Origin: an uncultured Candidatus Rokubacteria bacterium
GTDB taxonomy: Bacteria; Methylomirabilota; Methylomirabilia; Rokubacteriales; CSP1-6
NCBI GenBank assembly: GCA_963789955.1
Contig: CAWBMV010000034.1
Coordinates: forward strand, 160,001 to 224,000
Reading direction: 5' to 3'
DNA length: 64,000 bases
This document shows positions 9,409 through 29,618 of the stretch, one piece after another. A program made the translations under genes and the position numbers. The stretch's first letter is position 1. Each line of letters begins with the position of its first letter. The notes under the pieces were generated by a model, which had not been told where the DNA came from, searched no databases, and saw nothing but the letters and a program-made list of their open reading frames with translations.

Positions 9409-10324
9409 ATGCCCTCGCGAATCCGCTACGCGCGCCTCGCGACCGAGCGCGCGAACCCGAGGAGCCGCGCGCTCGATCTCCTGCGACCGCGCCAGATCGC
9501 CGCGCTGATGAACCGCGAGGACCGCCGCGCGGTGGTCGCGGTCGCTCGCGCTCGATCGGACATCGCGACCGCCGTGCGCATGATCGTCGCCGCGCTCCAG
9601 CGCGGCGGGCGCCTCATTTTCGTCGGCGCCGGCACGAGTGGCCGCCTGGGCGTCATCGAGGCGGCGGAATGCCCGCCGACATTCGGGACGCCGCCTCGGC
9701 TCGTGCAGGCGATCATGGCGGGCGGGCGCGGCGCCGTCTTCCGCTCGCGCGAAGGCGCGGAGGACGACGAGATCGCGGCCCGCCGCGCGGTGCGCGCGCG
9801 CGTGCGAAAGGGCGACGTCGTCGTCGGCATTTCGGCCAGCGGGGTGACGCCGTTCGTGCGCGCCGCGCTCGCGGCCGCGCGTCAGCGTGGCGCCCGGACC
9901 GTGTTGATCACCTGCAACGCGACGGGGCTCGGGACGACGTTCGCCAACGTTCGGATCGTTCCTGTCGACCGGACCCGAAGTGCTCGCGGGATCGACTCGG
10001 CTCAAGGCCGGCACGGCCACGAAGCTCGTCCTGAACACCCTGACGACCGCGGCCATGACCGGGCTCGGCCGAGTCTACGGAAATCGCATGGTCGATCTGC
10101 AGCCGCGGTCGGCCAAGCTTCGGGAACGAGCGCTGAGGCTGATCGCCGAGGTGGCTGGAGTGTCTCGTGAGAGGGCGCTGCGGGCGTTCGTGGCGTCGGG
10201 AGGGCGGGTGAAGGTCGCGATCGTGATCGCCCGGAACGGGTGGGATGCGGCTGAGGCGTCCCGCGCGCTCCGGACCGCGAGCGGGTCGCTACGAGTCGTG
10301 CTTCAGAAGTTCCGGCGGAAGTAG
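9409..10324 (+). CDS. murQ: N-acetylmuramic acid 6-phosphate etherase (frameshift near 9965-9980)
   Basis: [43 protein letters not shown], then [32 protein letters not shown] in the second frame. Confidence 0.93.
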
Positions 10325-10464
10325 CGCGCGCGCACCCGAACCGGCTCGAACTTGAGGGCGAACAGCACCCAGCCGAACGGGAGAACGATCGCCGCGACGG
10401 TGAGCCAGAACTTGCTGCTCTTCCAGAACTCGCTTGCCTTGAGCCGCGTCCACGCTGTCTTCAT
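10303..10464 (-). CDS. Small membrane protein (53 aa), not in the ORF track
   Basis: Manual translation: [53 protein letters not shown]. One TM helix; alternative ATG at 10470. Confidence 0.6.
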   Translation of the reverse strand: MKTAWTRLKASEFWKSSKFWLTVAAIVLPFGWVLFALKFEPVRVRARYFRRNF

Positions 10465-10476
10465 GGCCATCCTTAA

Positions 10477-10492
10477 AGCACGGACGATGCCA
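10477..10492 (-). promoter_or_regulatory. Sigma54 -24/-12 promoter element for the small membrane protein
   Basis: Minus strand TGGCATCGTCCGTGCT = GG-N10-GC; AT-rich palindromic tract upstream (10505-10540). Confidence 0.55.
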
Positions 10493-10616
10493 TGAGTTCA
10501 TGACACGTAAGTATCTGTAATTTACTACAGTATACTGGCCTAACTCGACGACACCCCTGCCTAGACCGGTAAGTTTTGGACCGGGCTGCCGGTGCGTTCT
10601 TTCCGGGCTCGCGACG

Positions 10617-12350
10617 TTAGCTGTGCGACGGCCCGGCGGTGTCCTCGAATCTGACGGGCGTCCGGCCTTTGAGGTAGTCGAAATCGACCCCTTCGTTCGC
10701 CTGAAGCACGTGGTCGAGGAAGAGCTTGCCGTAGCCGCGCGTGAAGTGGGGCGGCCGAGGCTTCCAGGCCGCCCGGCGCCGGGCCAGCTCATCGTCACCG
10801 ACCTTGAGGGTCAGGCTCCGTCGCGGCACGTCGAGCTCGATCTCGTCGCCGTCGCGCACGAGCGCCAGGGGCCCTCCGATCGCCGACTCCGGAGCCACGT
10901 GGAGCACCACGGTGCCGTAGGACGTCCCGCTCATGCGGGCGTCGGAGATGCGCACCATGTCCTTGACGCCTCGCTTGAGAAGCCGCGCGGGGATCGGCGC
11001 CGCGCCCCACTCCGGCATCCCCGGCGCCCCGCGCGGGCCGACCTGCTTGAGCACCAGCACCGAGTTCTCGTCGATCGCGATGCTCTCGTCGTCGATGCGC
11101 TTGTGGAGATCCGCGTGGTCTTCGAACACGACCGCGCGGCCACGATGCGTCAGGAGATGCGGTGAGGCCGCCGACTGCTTGAGGACGGCACCGTCGGGGC
11201 ATAGATTTCCGAACAGGATCACGGTGCCGCCTTCGCTGGACAGGGGCATCGCGATGGGTCGAATGACGTCCTCGTTGAAACACTTCGCGTCCTTGACGTT
11301 GTCGGCGATCGAGTGGCCGTTCACGGTCAGCGCTCCGCCGTGCAGCAGCGGCAGGAGCTGCTTGAGCACGGCCGGCAGGCCGCCCGCGTAGAAGAAGTCC
11401 TCCATCAAGTACTTTCCGGACGGCCGCAGGTTGACCAGGAACGGCGTCGTCTTCGACAGCTCGTCGAACCGCTTGAGCGGCAGCGCGACACCGACGCGCC
11501 CGGCGATCGCGACCAGGTGGATGATCGCGTTGGTCGAGCCGCCGATCGCCATGTCGGCGCGGATCGCGTTGTCGAACGCCTGCGCGGTGAGGATCTGCGA
11601 CGGCTTGGGCCCGCCGGCGATCGCCATCTCGACGGCGCGCCGCCCGGCCATCTCGGCCATCGCGAGCCGCCGCGAGTCCGACGCCGGGATCGCGGCGTTG
11701 CCGGGCAAGGTCATGCCCAGCGCCTCGACGACCGACGCCATCGTCGAGGCGGTGCCCATGACCATGCAGTGGCCACTCGAGCGAGACATGCACGACTCGG
11801 CCTCGCAGAGCTCCTCGTCGGTCATACGCCCCGCGCGCCGCTCGGCCCACAGACGCCAGGCGTCGGTGCCCGAGCCGAGCTCCTCGGCGCGCCACTTGCC
11901 GCTGAGCATGGGCCCGCCGGTGACCATGACGGCGGGAATGTCCGCGGACGCGGCGCCCATCAGCATCGCCGGCGTCGTCTTGTCGCAGCCGGACAGGAGC
12001 ACCGCGGCGTCGAGCGGGTAGGCGCGCAGACACTCCTCGACGTCCATCGCCATCAGGTTTCTGAAGAGCATCGTGGTCGGCTTCATCAGCACTTCGCCCA
12101 GCGAGATGGTCGGGAACTCGACCGGGAAGCCGCCCGCGCTCCACACGCCGCGCTTGACGGCGTCGGCGACCTGCCGCAGATGGACGTTACAGTTCGTGAG
12201 CTCGGACCACGAATTGGCGATGCCGATGACCGGGCGACCGTCGAAGACGGCGTCGCTGAATCCTTCCGCCTTGAGCCACGAGCGATGGACGAAGCCATCG
12301 AGGTCGTTGCGTCCGAACCAGTTGCGGCTTCTGAGCTGGTGTGCTGTCAT
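10617..12350 (-). CDS. IlvD/Edd family dehydratase (L-arabinonate/sugar-acid dehydratase-like)
   Basis: LRS..WFG N-terminus, ELTNCN, PTTMLFRNL, GCDKTTP, GHCMVMGTASTM, GGSTNA, GAPGMPEWG, ISDARMSGT. GGAGGG RBS and its own TATAAT at 12370-12375. Confidence 0.9.
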   Translation of the reverse strand: MTAHQLRSRNWFGRNDLDGFVHRSWLKAEGFSDAVFDGRPVIGIANSWSELTNCNVHLRQVADAVKRGVWSAGGFPVEFPTISLGEVLMKPTTMLFRNLMAMDVEECLRAYPLDAAVLLSGCDKTTPAMLMGAASADIPAVMVTGGPMLSGKWRAEELGSGTDAWRLWAERRAGRMTDEELCEAESCMSRSSGHCMVMGTASTMASVVEALGMTLPGNAAIPASDSRRLAMAEMAGRRAVEMAIAGGPKPSQILTAQAFDNAIRADMAIGGSTNAIIHLVAIAGRVGVALPLKRFDELSKTTPFLVNLRPSGKYLMEDFFYAGGLPAVLKQLLPLLHGGALTVNGHSIADNVKDAKCFNEDVIRPIAMPLSSEGGTVILFGNLCPDGAVLKQSAASPHLLTHRGRAVVFEDHADLHKRIDDESIAIDENSVLVLKQVGPRGAPGMPEWGAAPIPARLLKRGVKDMVRISDARMSGTSYGTVVLHVAPESAIGGPLALVRDGDEIELDVPRRSLTLKVGDDELARRRAAWKPRPPHFTRGYGKLFLDHVLQANEGVDFDYLKGRTPVRFEDTAGPSHS

Positions 12351-12476
12351 GTGTCCCTCCGGGGCACCGATTATAGATCGAGTGCCGGCGCGGCCACTGC
12401 CGACATCCAGGTGGGGAATCCTGAGAAGATCGCCGCCGAGGTAAGGGACCGCGCCGCGCCGACAGCGCGCCGCGCG

Positions 12477-14080
12477 TCACTCGACGAGCTTGCCGTACTC
12501 CAGCTTCAACACTCGGTCACCGAGATGGTAATAGCGGTCGTCGTGGCTGATGACGAGCACGGTCTTGCCCCGGGCCCGCAGCTCCGGAAGGATCTGGCGG
12601 TAGAAGATGTCGCGGTAGTGCGCGTCCTGGTCCGCCGCCCACTCGTCGAAGACGTAGATCGGCCGGTCCTCCAGGAACGCCGTCAGCAGCGCGAGCCGCT
12701 TGCGCTGACCCTGCGAGAGCGCGATCGTCGAGAAGCGCCCGCCCTCCACGCGCACCTTGGCGTCGAGCTCGAGCCGCACCAGGAATTTCCGGGCGCGCTC
12801 GTCGAGGCGGTCATCCGCGAGCCCGAGCAGGCTGTCGAACAGGTAGAAATCGGAGAACACCGGAGAGAAGTGCTGGCCATACCATTCCCGGTTCTTGTCG
12901 TCGATCAGCTGCCCGTTGAGCCGGATGGCGCCCCGAGTCGGCGGATAGAGCCCGGTCAGCACCTTCATGAGCGTCGATTTGCCGCTGCCGTTGCCACCGA
13001 CCAGAAAAACCAGCTCGTTCGGCCGCAAGGTGAGGTCGAGCGGACCCAGGACGAAGCTCTCTGCCGCGTCATCGCCGTACGAGAAGACCACCCCATCGAC
13101 CTCCAGCTGCGCGACGGAGGCAGGGGCGCCACGACTGGTTCACCCTCCGCGATGGCGGGCCCTGACAACGAGATACCGAGATCCCTCACCTTCTCGAGCG
13201 CGATGCGGCCGCGGGCGAGGATCGGCCAGGAGTCCATGAGGCTCCACACGGGCGTCATCATGTAGAGCGTGACGAGCACGTAGCCGGTCAAGGTCTCCCA
13301 GCTCATCGCGTGCAGCCGGGGAATGGTGAAGAGCAACACGCCGAGCAGCGCGTAGAAGAGGAGCTGATTCCAGCTCGCCGCGACGACGTGGTGGCGCACC
13401 CCGCTCATCGAGGCTTGCCGTAACGTCTCGAGCGTCGGGTCGACCCGCCTGGTCACGAACTCGCGACGCCGGCCCGCGTGGACTTTGAGCTCCTTGATGC
13501 CCTCGGTCAGCGCCCGCAAGTGCTGAAAGAGGAGCTCGCGCGTATCCCGGGCGCGCTGGAGGTGGCGAAAGGCCCGGGATTCGAGCAGGCGATGAACCGC
13601 GGCGCCGGCTACCACCAACGTGATCACTCCCAACAGAACCGGCCAGGACAGCCAGGCGAGGTACACCGCGCAGCCGATCAGAATCGCGACGTTCATGGCG
13701 AGGGTCGGAATGTTGATCGTCGCCCAGCCGATCATCGCGACATCATCCGTCAATGTCGTCAGAACTCGCGGGATGCCGACCTCTTCGAGGCGCCGCAGGG
13801 GAGTTGCCAGGACCTGCCGGCAGAGGTTCGCGGACAGGCGCGTCAGCGTTCGCTCAGCGAAGTAGTTGAGCAACATCTGCGCGCAGCATGTTGCTGCCGA
13901 CCTTGGCGAGGAGAAGCCCGGCGAAGCCGGCGGCGAGGAGACCGCTTCCACCCTGGCCTCGCGCGAGCGTGTGGTTGACCAGCGCGATCAAGGCCGCGCT
14001 GGCAGCCCCGCTCAAGAGGCTGACGCCGGTGGCGGCGACCGCCAGGATGCGCTCACGCCGATCGATGAACGACAGGAGGA

Positions 14081-14084
<4 letters not shown>
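12477..14084 (-). CDS. Cyclic-peptide export ABC transporter (SyrD/PvdE/YojI family), frameshifts near 13100 and 13885
   Basis: TM domain (LEEVGIPRVL..LTDDV, GIKELK) plus NBD with GGNGSGKST, LSQGQRKRLAL, DEWAADQD, ISHDDRY. Start approximate (CTG overlapping the NRPS stop). Confidence 0.9.
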
Positions 14085-24790
<10,706 letters not shown>

Positions 24791-26267
24791 CCGCCCCGAC
24801 CAGCGAGGTCTCGAGATGATCGGCCCAGGCGGCGATCGTGACCTCGTCGAAGAGGTCGGTGCTGTACTCGAAGGCGAGCCTCAAGCCGTCGGTCTCCTCG
24901 ACCACCTCGAGCGTGAGGTCCATTCGCGCGAGCCCTCGGTCGAACTCGATGGGCTTCAGGACGAGACCCGGAAGCTCGATATCCTGGTTCGGGAAAGGTC
25001 TGGTAGCTGAACATCACCTGGACCAGCGGTGTCCGACTCATGTCGCGTAGGGGCTGTACGGCCTCGACGATCTTCTCGAACGGCACGTCCTGGTGCGCGT
25101 AGGCGTCGAGCGCTACCTCGCGCGGCTGTTGCAGCGGTCTCGGAACGTCGGCGCCCCGGACAGGTCGGTGCGGATCACCGCGGTATTGGCGAAGAATCCG
25201 ATCAGGCCTTCCGTCTCCAGGGGTCCTGGATTGGCGATCGGGGTCCCGACGGACGGTCCTCTAGTCCGGTGTATCGGTATAGCAGCACCTTGAACCGGCC
25301 AGGAGCGTCATGAACAGCGTGACGCCCTCATGACGGCTCAAGGCGGCGAGCGCCTCGGAGAGCGCCTTGGGGAGCTGCCTCTTCAGGAGGGCGCCGCGGA
25401 AGGTCTGCACCGCGGGTCGTGGACGATCCCCGGGCAGCTCCAGCACTCCGGAATGACCCTCGAGCCGTCGCGTCCAGTATCCAAGCTCCTTCTCCAGCAC
25501 CGCGCCGGTCAGCCACTGGCGCTGCCATTGCGCAAAGTCGCCGTACTGGATTGGAAGCTCGGGCAGCGGGGACGGGCGGCCGGTCACATGCGCCTCGTAA
25601 CAAGCCGAGAGCTCCCGAACGAAGACGCCGGCCGACCACCCGTCGGCGACGATGTGGTGGACGACGAGGATCAGAACGTGGTCGCGCTCGTGGACCTTCA
25701 ACAAGGTCGCGCGGAAGAGCGGTCCGCGCGCCAGGTCGAAGGGTCTGCGTGCCTCTTCGAGCATGAGCTGCCGAAGCAGCGCCTCGACGTCGCCAGTGGC
25801 GTCACCCCCGACGTCGCGCACGAGCAGGCCGCCGGGCGGCGGGTCGGTGATCACCTGGACGGGCTCGCTGTCGGCATGGGCGAAAATGGTACGCATCGCT
25901 TCGTGCCGGCGCACGATCTCCCGGAGCGACCAGTCCAGCGCGCCGACGTCGAGGTCGCCGCGTAGCCGGAGCGCGCCTGCGATGTTGTACTCCGCGGTCC
26001 CTGGATGCAGCTGGTCCAGGAACCAGAGTCGGAGCTGCGCGAATGAGACTGGCGCCCGGCGACCCTCCGGCGCGGAGGCTCCGTCCCGCGCTGCCGGAGG
26101 CTGCGATTCGAGGATCTTGAGAATCTCCTCCTTCCGGGCGGCCAGCTCGTCGCGAAGTGATGACGTGAGCGCTCCCTTGGGCGCGCTGATCCGCAGACGG
26201 GCCCCTTCGGCCCAGACGCGGATGTCGAGGCGGCTGAGGTCCGCCAGCAGCTCGGCCACGCTCTTCG

Positions 26268-29200
26268 TCATGACGTCATGGTCGTGCGGGCGGCCGGCGC
26301 CTGCGCGAGATGGGCGGCCAGGGTCCGGATCGTCGGGTACTGGAACATGTCGAGGATGGAGACGTCGAGCCCGAGCGCGTTCGTCAGACGAGCCTGCACG
26401 GCGACGAGCAACAGAGAGTGGCCGCCCAGATCGAAGAAATTATCGTCCACGTCGACCGTCGCGACCTGCAGGACCTCCTGCCAGGTGCGGCTCAGCATCC
26501 GCTCGATCTCGTTGCGCGGTCCCGGCTGTGCCTGCCGGGGAGGCAGCGGCGGCTCGGGCGCCGGCAGCCGGTCGCGCGCAACCTTTCCGTTCTCGGTGAG
26601 TGGTAACGCGTCCAGGACCACGATGAATGCCGGCACCATGTAATCGGGGAGCTTCGCGCGCAGGCCGTCGCGCAGCGCGACGGCCTTGGGCCCGGGCTGA
26701 TGCGACGCGGTCACGTACGCGACGAGCTGCCTTCCACGCGCGCCATCGTCTCGGGCCACCACGACGGCCTCGCCGACCAGCGGCTGCCGACACAGTACCG
26801 CCTCGATCTCGCCGAGCTCGATACGGAACCCACGAATCTTGACCTGGTTGTCACCGCGCCCGATGAACTCCAGCGCGCCGTCGGGCCGGTATTTCACGAG
26901 GTCGCCGGACCGATAGAGGCGCACGTTCCGGTCGCCGAGCGAGTGGACGATGAAGCGCTCCGCGGTCAGCTCCGGCCGATTGAGATACCCGCGAGCCAGA
27001 CCGTCGCCACCGAGATAGAGCTCGCCCGCGACGCCGACGGGCACGGGTTCGAGATTCGCGTCGAGCACGTACGCCTGGGTGTTCGCGATCGGACGTCCGA
27101 TGGGCGGTGGGCCGCCGCTGTCGGGAGCCACCGGCTGCCACGTGGCGACGACGGTGGTTTCGGTCGGGCCGTAGTGATTGACGACCTCGAATGGCAGCCC
27201 GCGGTCCGGCGGCCGATGGAGACGGTCGCCACCGGTGAGCACGGCGCGTATCTTGAGGCCACTCGGCCACGGCAGCTGCAGGGCCGCCTCCAGAAGGGGT
27301 GTTGCCATGAAGCAAAGGGTGATGCCCTCGGATGCGAGCCACGGCAGCAGCCTCGGCGGTGCGATCCGCGTCTCCTCGGCGGGGATGTGCAGACTGGCTC
27401 CGCTGGCCAGGTAGGGCCAGACTTCCCACACGGACGCATCGAAGCCGAGTCCGGCCAGAAGCGTCGCTCGATCAGCGGGCGTGACGTGGTAGACGTGCTG
27501 ATGCCACGTCACAAGGTTCACGAGACCGTCGTGCTGGAGCTCGACCCCCTTCGGCGTGCCGGTGGAGCCGGACGTGTAGATCACGTAGGCGAGATCCGCG
27601 CCGGTCACGCCCGCGTCGAGCGGACCGTCGAGCTCCTGGGCGATGTCCGGCCAGTCAGCGTCCAGTCGAAGACGCCGGGCGGGACTGGCCATCAGCCGGG
27701 CCTCGAGCTTCGCGTGGGTCAGCAGCACCGGCATCCGGGCATCCTCGATCATGAACGACAAGCGCTCGGCCGGATAGGCCGGGTCCAGTGGGACGTAGGC
27801 TCCTCCCGCCTTCAGCACGCCGAGGATGCCCACCAGGAGGTCCACCGAGCGCTCGAGGCACACGCCGACGAGGGATCCCGGACCCACACCCATCCGACCC
27901 AGTCGCCGCCCGAGCTGGTTCGCGCGCCGATCCAGCTCGCCGTAGGTGAGGTGACGCGCACCCGCGGCCACGGCGAGCGCGTCGGGCGCTCGCATCGCCT
28001 GGGCCGCGACGAGCCGATGGATGCAGGTATCACGCGGGTAGTCGAGAGTGGTGCTGTTCCAGTCGACGAGAATCTCGCGTCGCTCGCGGTCGGTGAGGAT
28101 CGCGAGCTGCGACAGGGCCCGGGACGGATCGCGAACGGCGTCAGCGAGGAGCGTCTGCAGATGACCGACCATTCGGGCGATCGTGTCGGCCATGAAGATG
28201 TCGGTGCTGTATTTCAGCGACCCATGCAGCGCTCCTGCCACTTCGACCATCTCGAGGACCAGATCGAACTGCCCCTCTTGCTGCGCGAGCGGCATCGGCT
28301 CGAGACGCAGACCACCGGGCGCGTCGACCGGGCCCTGACCGCCGGGCAGCAGTAAGCCTGCGAGCTCGTCGGTGCGCTGTAACCGCTGCAGCGCGAAGAT
28401 GGCCTGGAAGACCGGCGAGCGTCCCGGATCGCGACCGAATCCGAGTCGCTCCACGAGCAGCGGGAAGGGGTAATCCTGGTGCTCGAGCGCCGACAGGACC
28501 GCATCCTTCGTGCGGTGCAGGAGCGTGCGGAAGCTCAGGTTGCCCCCACAGTCGACACGGATCGAGACGAGGTTGACGAAATGGCCGACGACCTCCGCGA
28601 ACCTCGCGCTGCTGCGTCCGAACGTCGGCGAGCCGACGATGACGTCATCCTGCCCGCTGTAGCGATGGAGCAGCGCCTGGAATCCGGCGAGCAAGGTCGC
28701 GTAGAGCGTCGTGCCCTCGGCCTGGGCCAGCGACTTCAGCTGTTCCGTCAGCGCTCCGGATAACACGAAGGTGTGTGAGGCTCCGCGATAGCTCGGCAGC
28801 CGTGGGCGCTGTCGATCCGCGGGCAACGCGAGCACCGGCAGGTCGCCGGCGAGTCGGCGACGCCAGTACGCCAGCTGCCGCTGGCCTTCGGGTCCGTCAA
28901 CCAGCTCACGTTGCCAGCCGACGAAGTCCGAGTACTGCGCGGTCGGCATCGGGAGAGACGATGCGGTCCCGGCCGCCTGCGCCGCGTACAGCGTGCGCAG
29001 CTCGTCCAGGAGCAGCAGGGCGGACGATCCGTCGGCGGCGATATGGTGGATGACGAACAGGAACGCGTGGTCATCGGCTCGGCGCGTGAAGAGGTGGCCG
29101 CGGGCGATGGGTCCTGCCTGGAGGTCGAACGGCTGCCGGTAGGCCGTCGCCACGTCTTCGGCGAGATCGCTTTCCGTTCGTCCAGAGACATCGACCACGT

Positions 29201-29618
29201 CGAGTCGGGCAGCGAGGCCGCCGCGGACGCGCTGCACGGGTCCCTCTGCCGTCACCGCGTACGTGGTCCGCAAGGTCGCGTGGCGGTCCACGAGCCCCTG
29301 GAGCGCCGCCCGCAAGGCCCCGACGTCGACGGTCGAGCGGATGCGAATCGCGATCCCGATGTGATAGGCCGCACTGGCCGGAGCTCGCTGGTGTTGCAGC
29401 CACAGCGCCACTTGCCCGAACGACAGCGGCAAGGCCGTCGCCGTTGCCCCAGCGCGGTCGCGGAGCTCGGCGATGACCTCCAGCTTCCGGTTCACCAGCG
29501 CGTCGCGCAATTCCGGCGTGAGCGCTCCCCGCGGCGCGCGGAAGCGAAGGTGATCGCCCTCGGGCCACAGCGTGATGTCCCGTCGAGCGAGCTCGCTCAG
29601 GAGATGTGAGAGCGTCAA
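26268..29618 (-). CDS. NRPS-1: beta-hairpin docking-C-A(Leu-like)-T, intact 1116 aa
   Basis: HHIAADGSS; manual alignment to GrsA gives code DAWFLGHVVK, close to the Leu code DAWFLGNVVK; T GGHSLLLVAVQ. Confidence 0.92.
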   Translation of the reverse strand: MTLSHLLSELARRDITLWPEGDHLRFRAPRGALTPELRDALVNRKLEVIAELRDRAGATATALPLSFGQVALWLQHQRAPASAAYHIGIAIRIRSTVDVGALRAALQGLVDRHATLRTTYAVTAEGPVQRVRGGLAARLDVVDVSGRTESDLAEDVATAYRQPFDLQAGPIARGHLFTRRADDHAFLFVIHHIAADGSSALLLLDELRTLYAAQAAGTASSLPMPTAQYSDFVGWQRELVDGPEGQRQLAYWRRRLAGDLPVLALPADRQRPRLPSYRGASHTFVLSGALTEQLKSLAQAEGTTLYATLLAGFQALLHRYSGQDDVIVGSPTFGRSSARFAEVVGHFVNLVSIRVDCGGNLSFRTLLHRTKDAVLSALEHQDYPFPLLVERLGFGRDPGRSPVFQAIFALQRLQRTDELAGLLLPGGQGPVDAPGGLRLEPMPLAQQEGQFDLVLEMVEVAGALHGSLKYSTDIFMADTIARMVGHLQTLLADAVRDPSRALSQLAILTDRERREILVDWNSTTLDYPRDTCIHRLVAAQAMRAPDALAVAAGARHLTYGELDRRANQLGRRLGRMGVGPGSLVGVCLERSVDLLVGILGVLKAGGAYVPLDPAYPAERLSFMIEDARMPVLLTHAKLEARLMASPARRLRLDADWPDIAQELDGPLDAGVTGADLAYVIYTSGSTGTPKGVELQHDGLVNLVTWHQHVYHVTPADRATLLAGLGFDASVWEVWPYLASGASLHIPAEETRIAPPRLLPWLASEGITLCFMATPLLEAALQLPWPSGLKIRAVLTGGDRLHRPPDRGLPFEVVNHYGPTETTVVATWQPVAPDSGGPPPIGRPIANTQAYVLDANLEPVPVGVAGELYLGGDGLARGYLNRPELTAERFIVHSLGDRNVRLYRSGDLVKYRPDGALEFIGRGDNQVKIRGFRIELGEIEAVLCRQPLVGEAVVVARDDGARGRQLVAYVTASHQPGPKAVALRDGLRAKLPDYMVPAFIVVLDALPLTENGKVARDRLPAPEPPLPPRQAQPGPRNEIERMLSRTWQEVLQVATVDVDDNFFDLGGHSLLLVAVQARLTNALGLDVSILDMFQYPTIRTLAAHLAQAPAARTTMTS

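Noticed and set aside
10617..12350. IlvD-like gene as a self-resistance copy for the adjacent cluster
   Set aside because: It looks like the sugar-acid (arabinonate-type) dehydratase subgroup and has its own TATAAT and RBS. Adjacency alone is not evidence.
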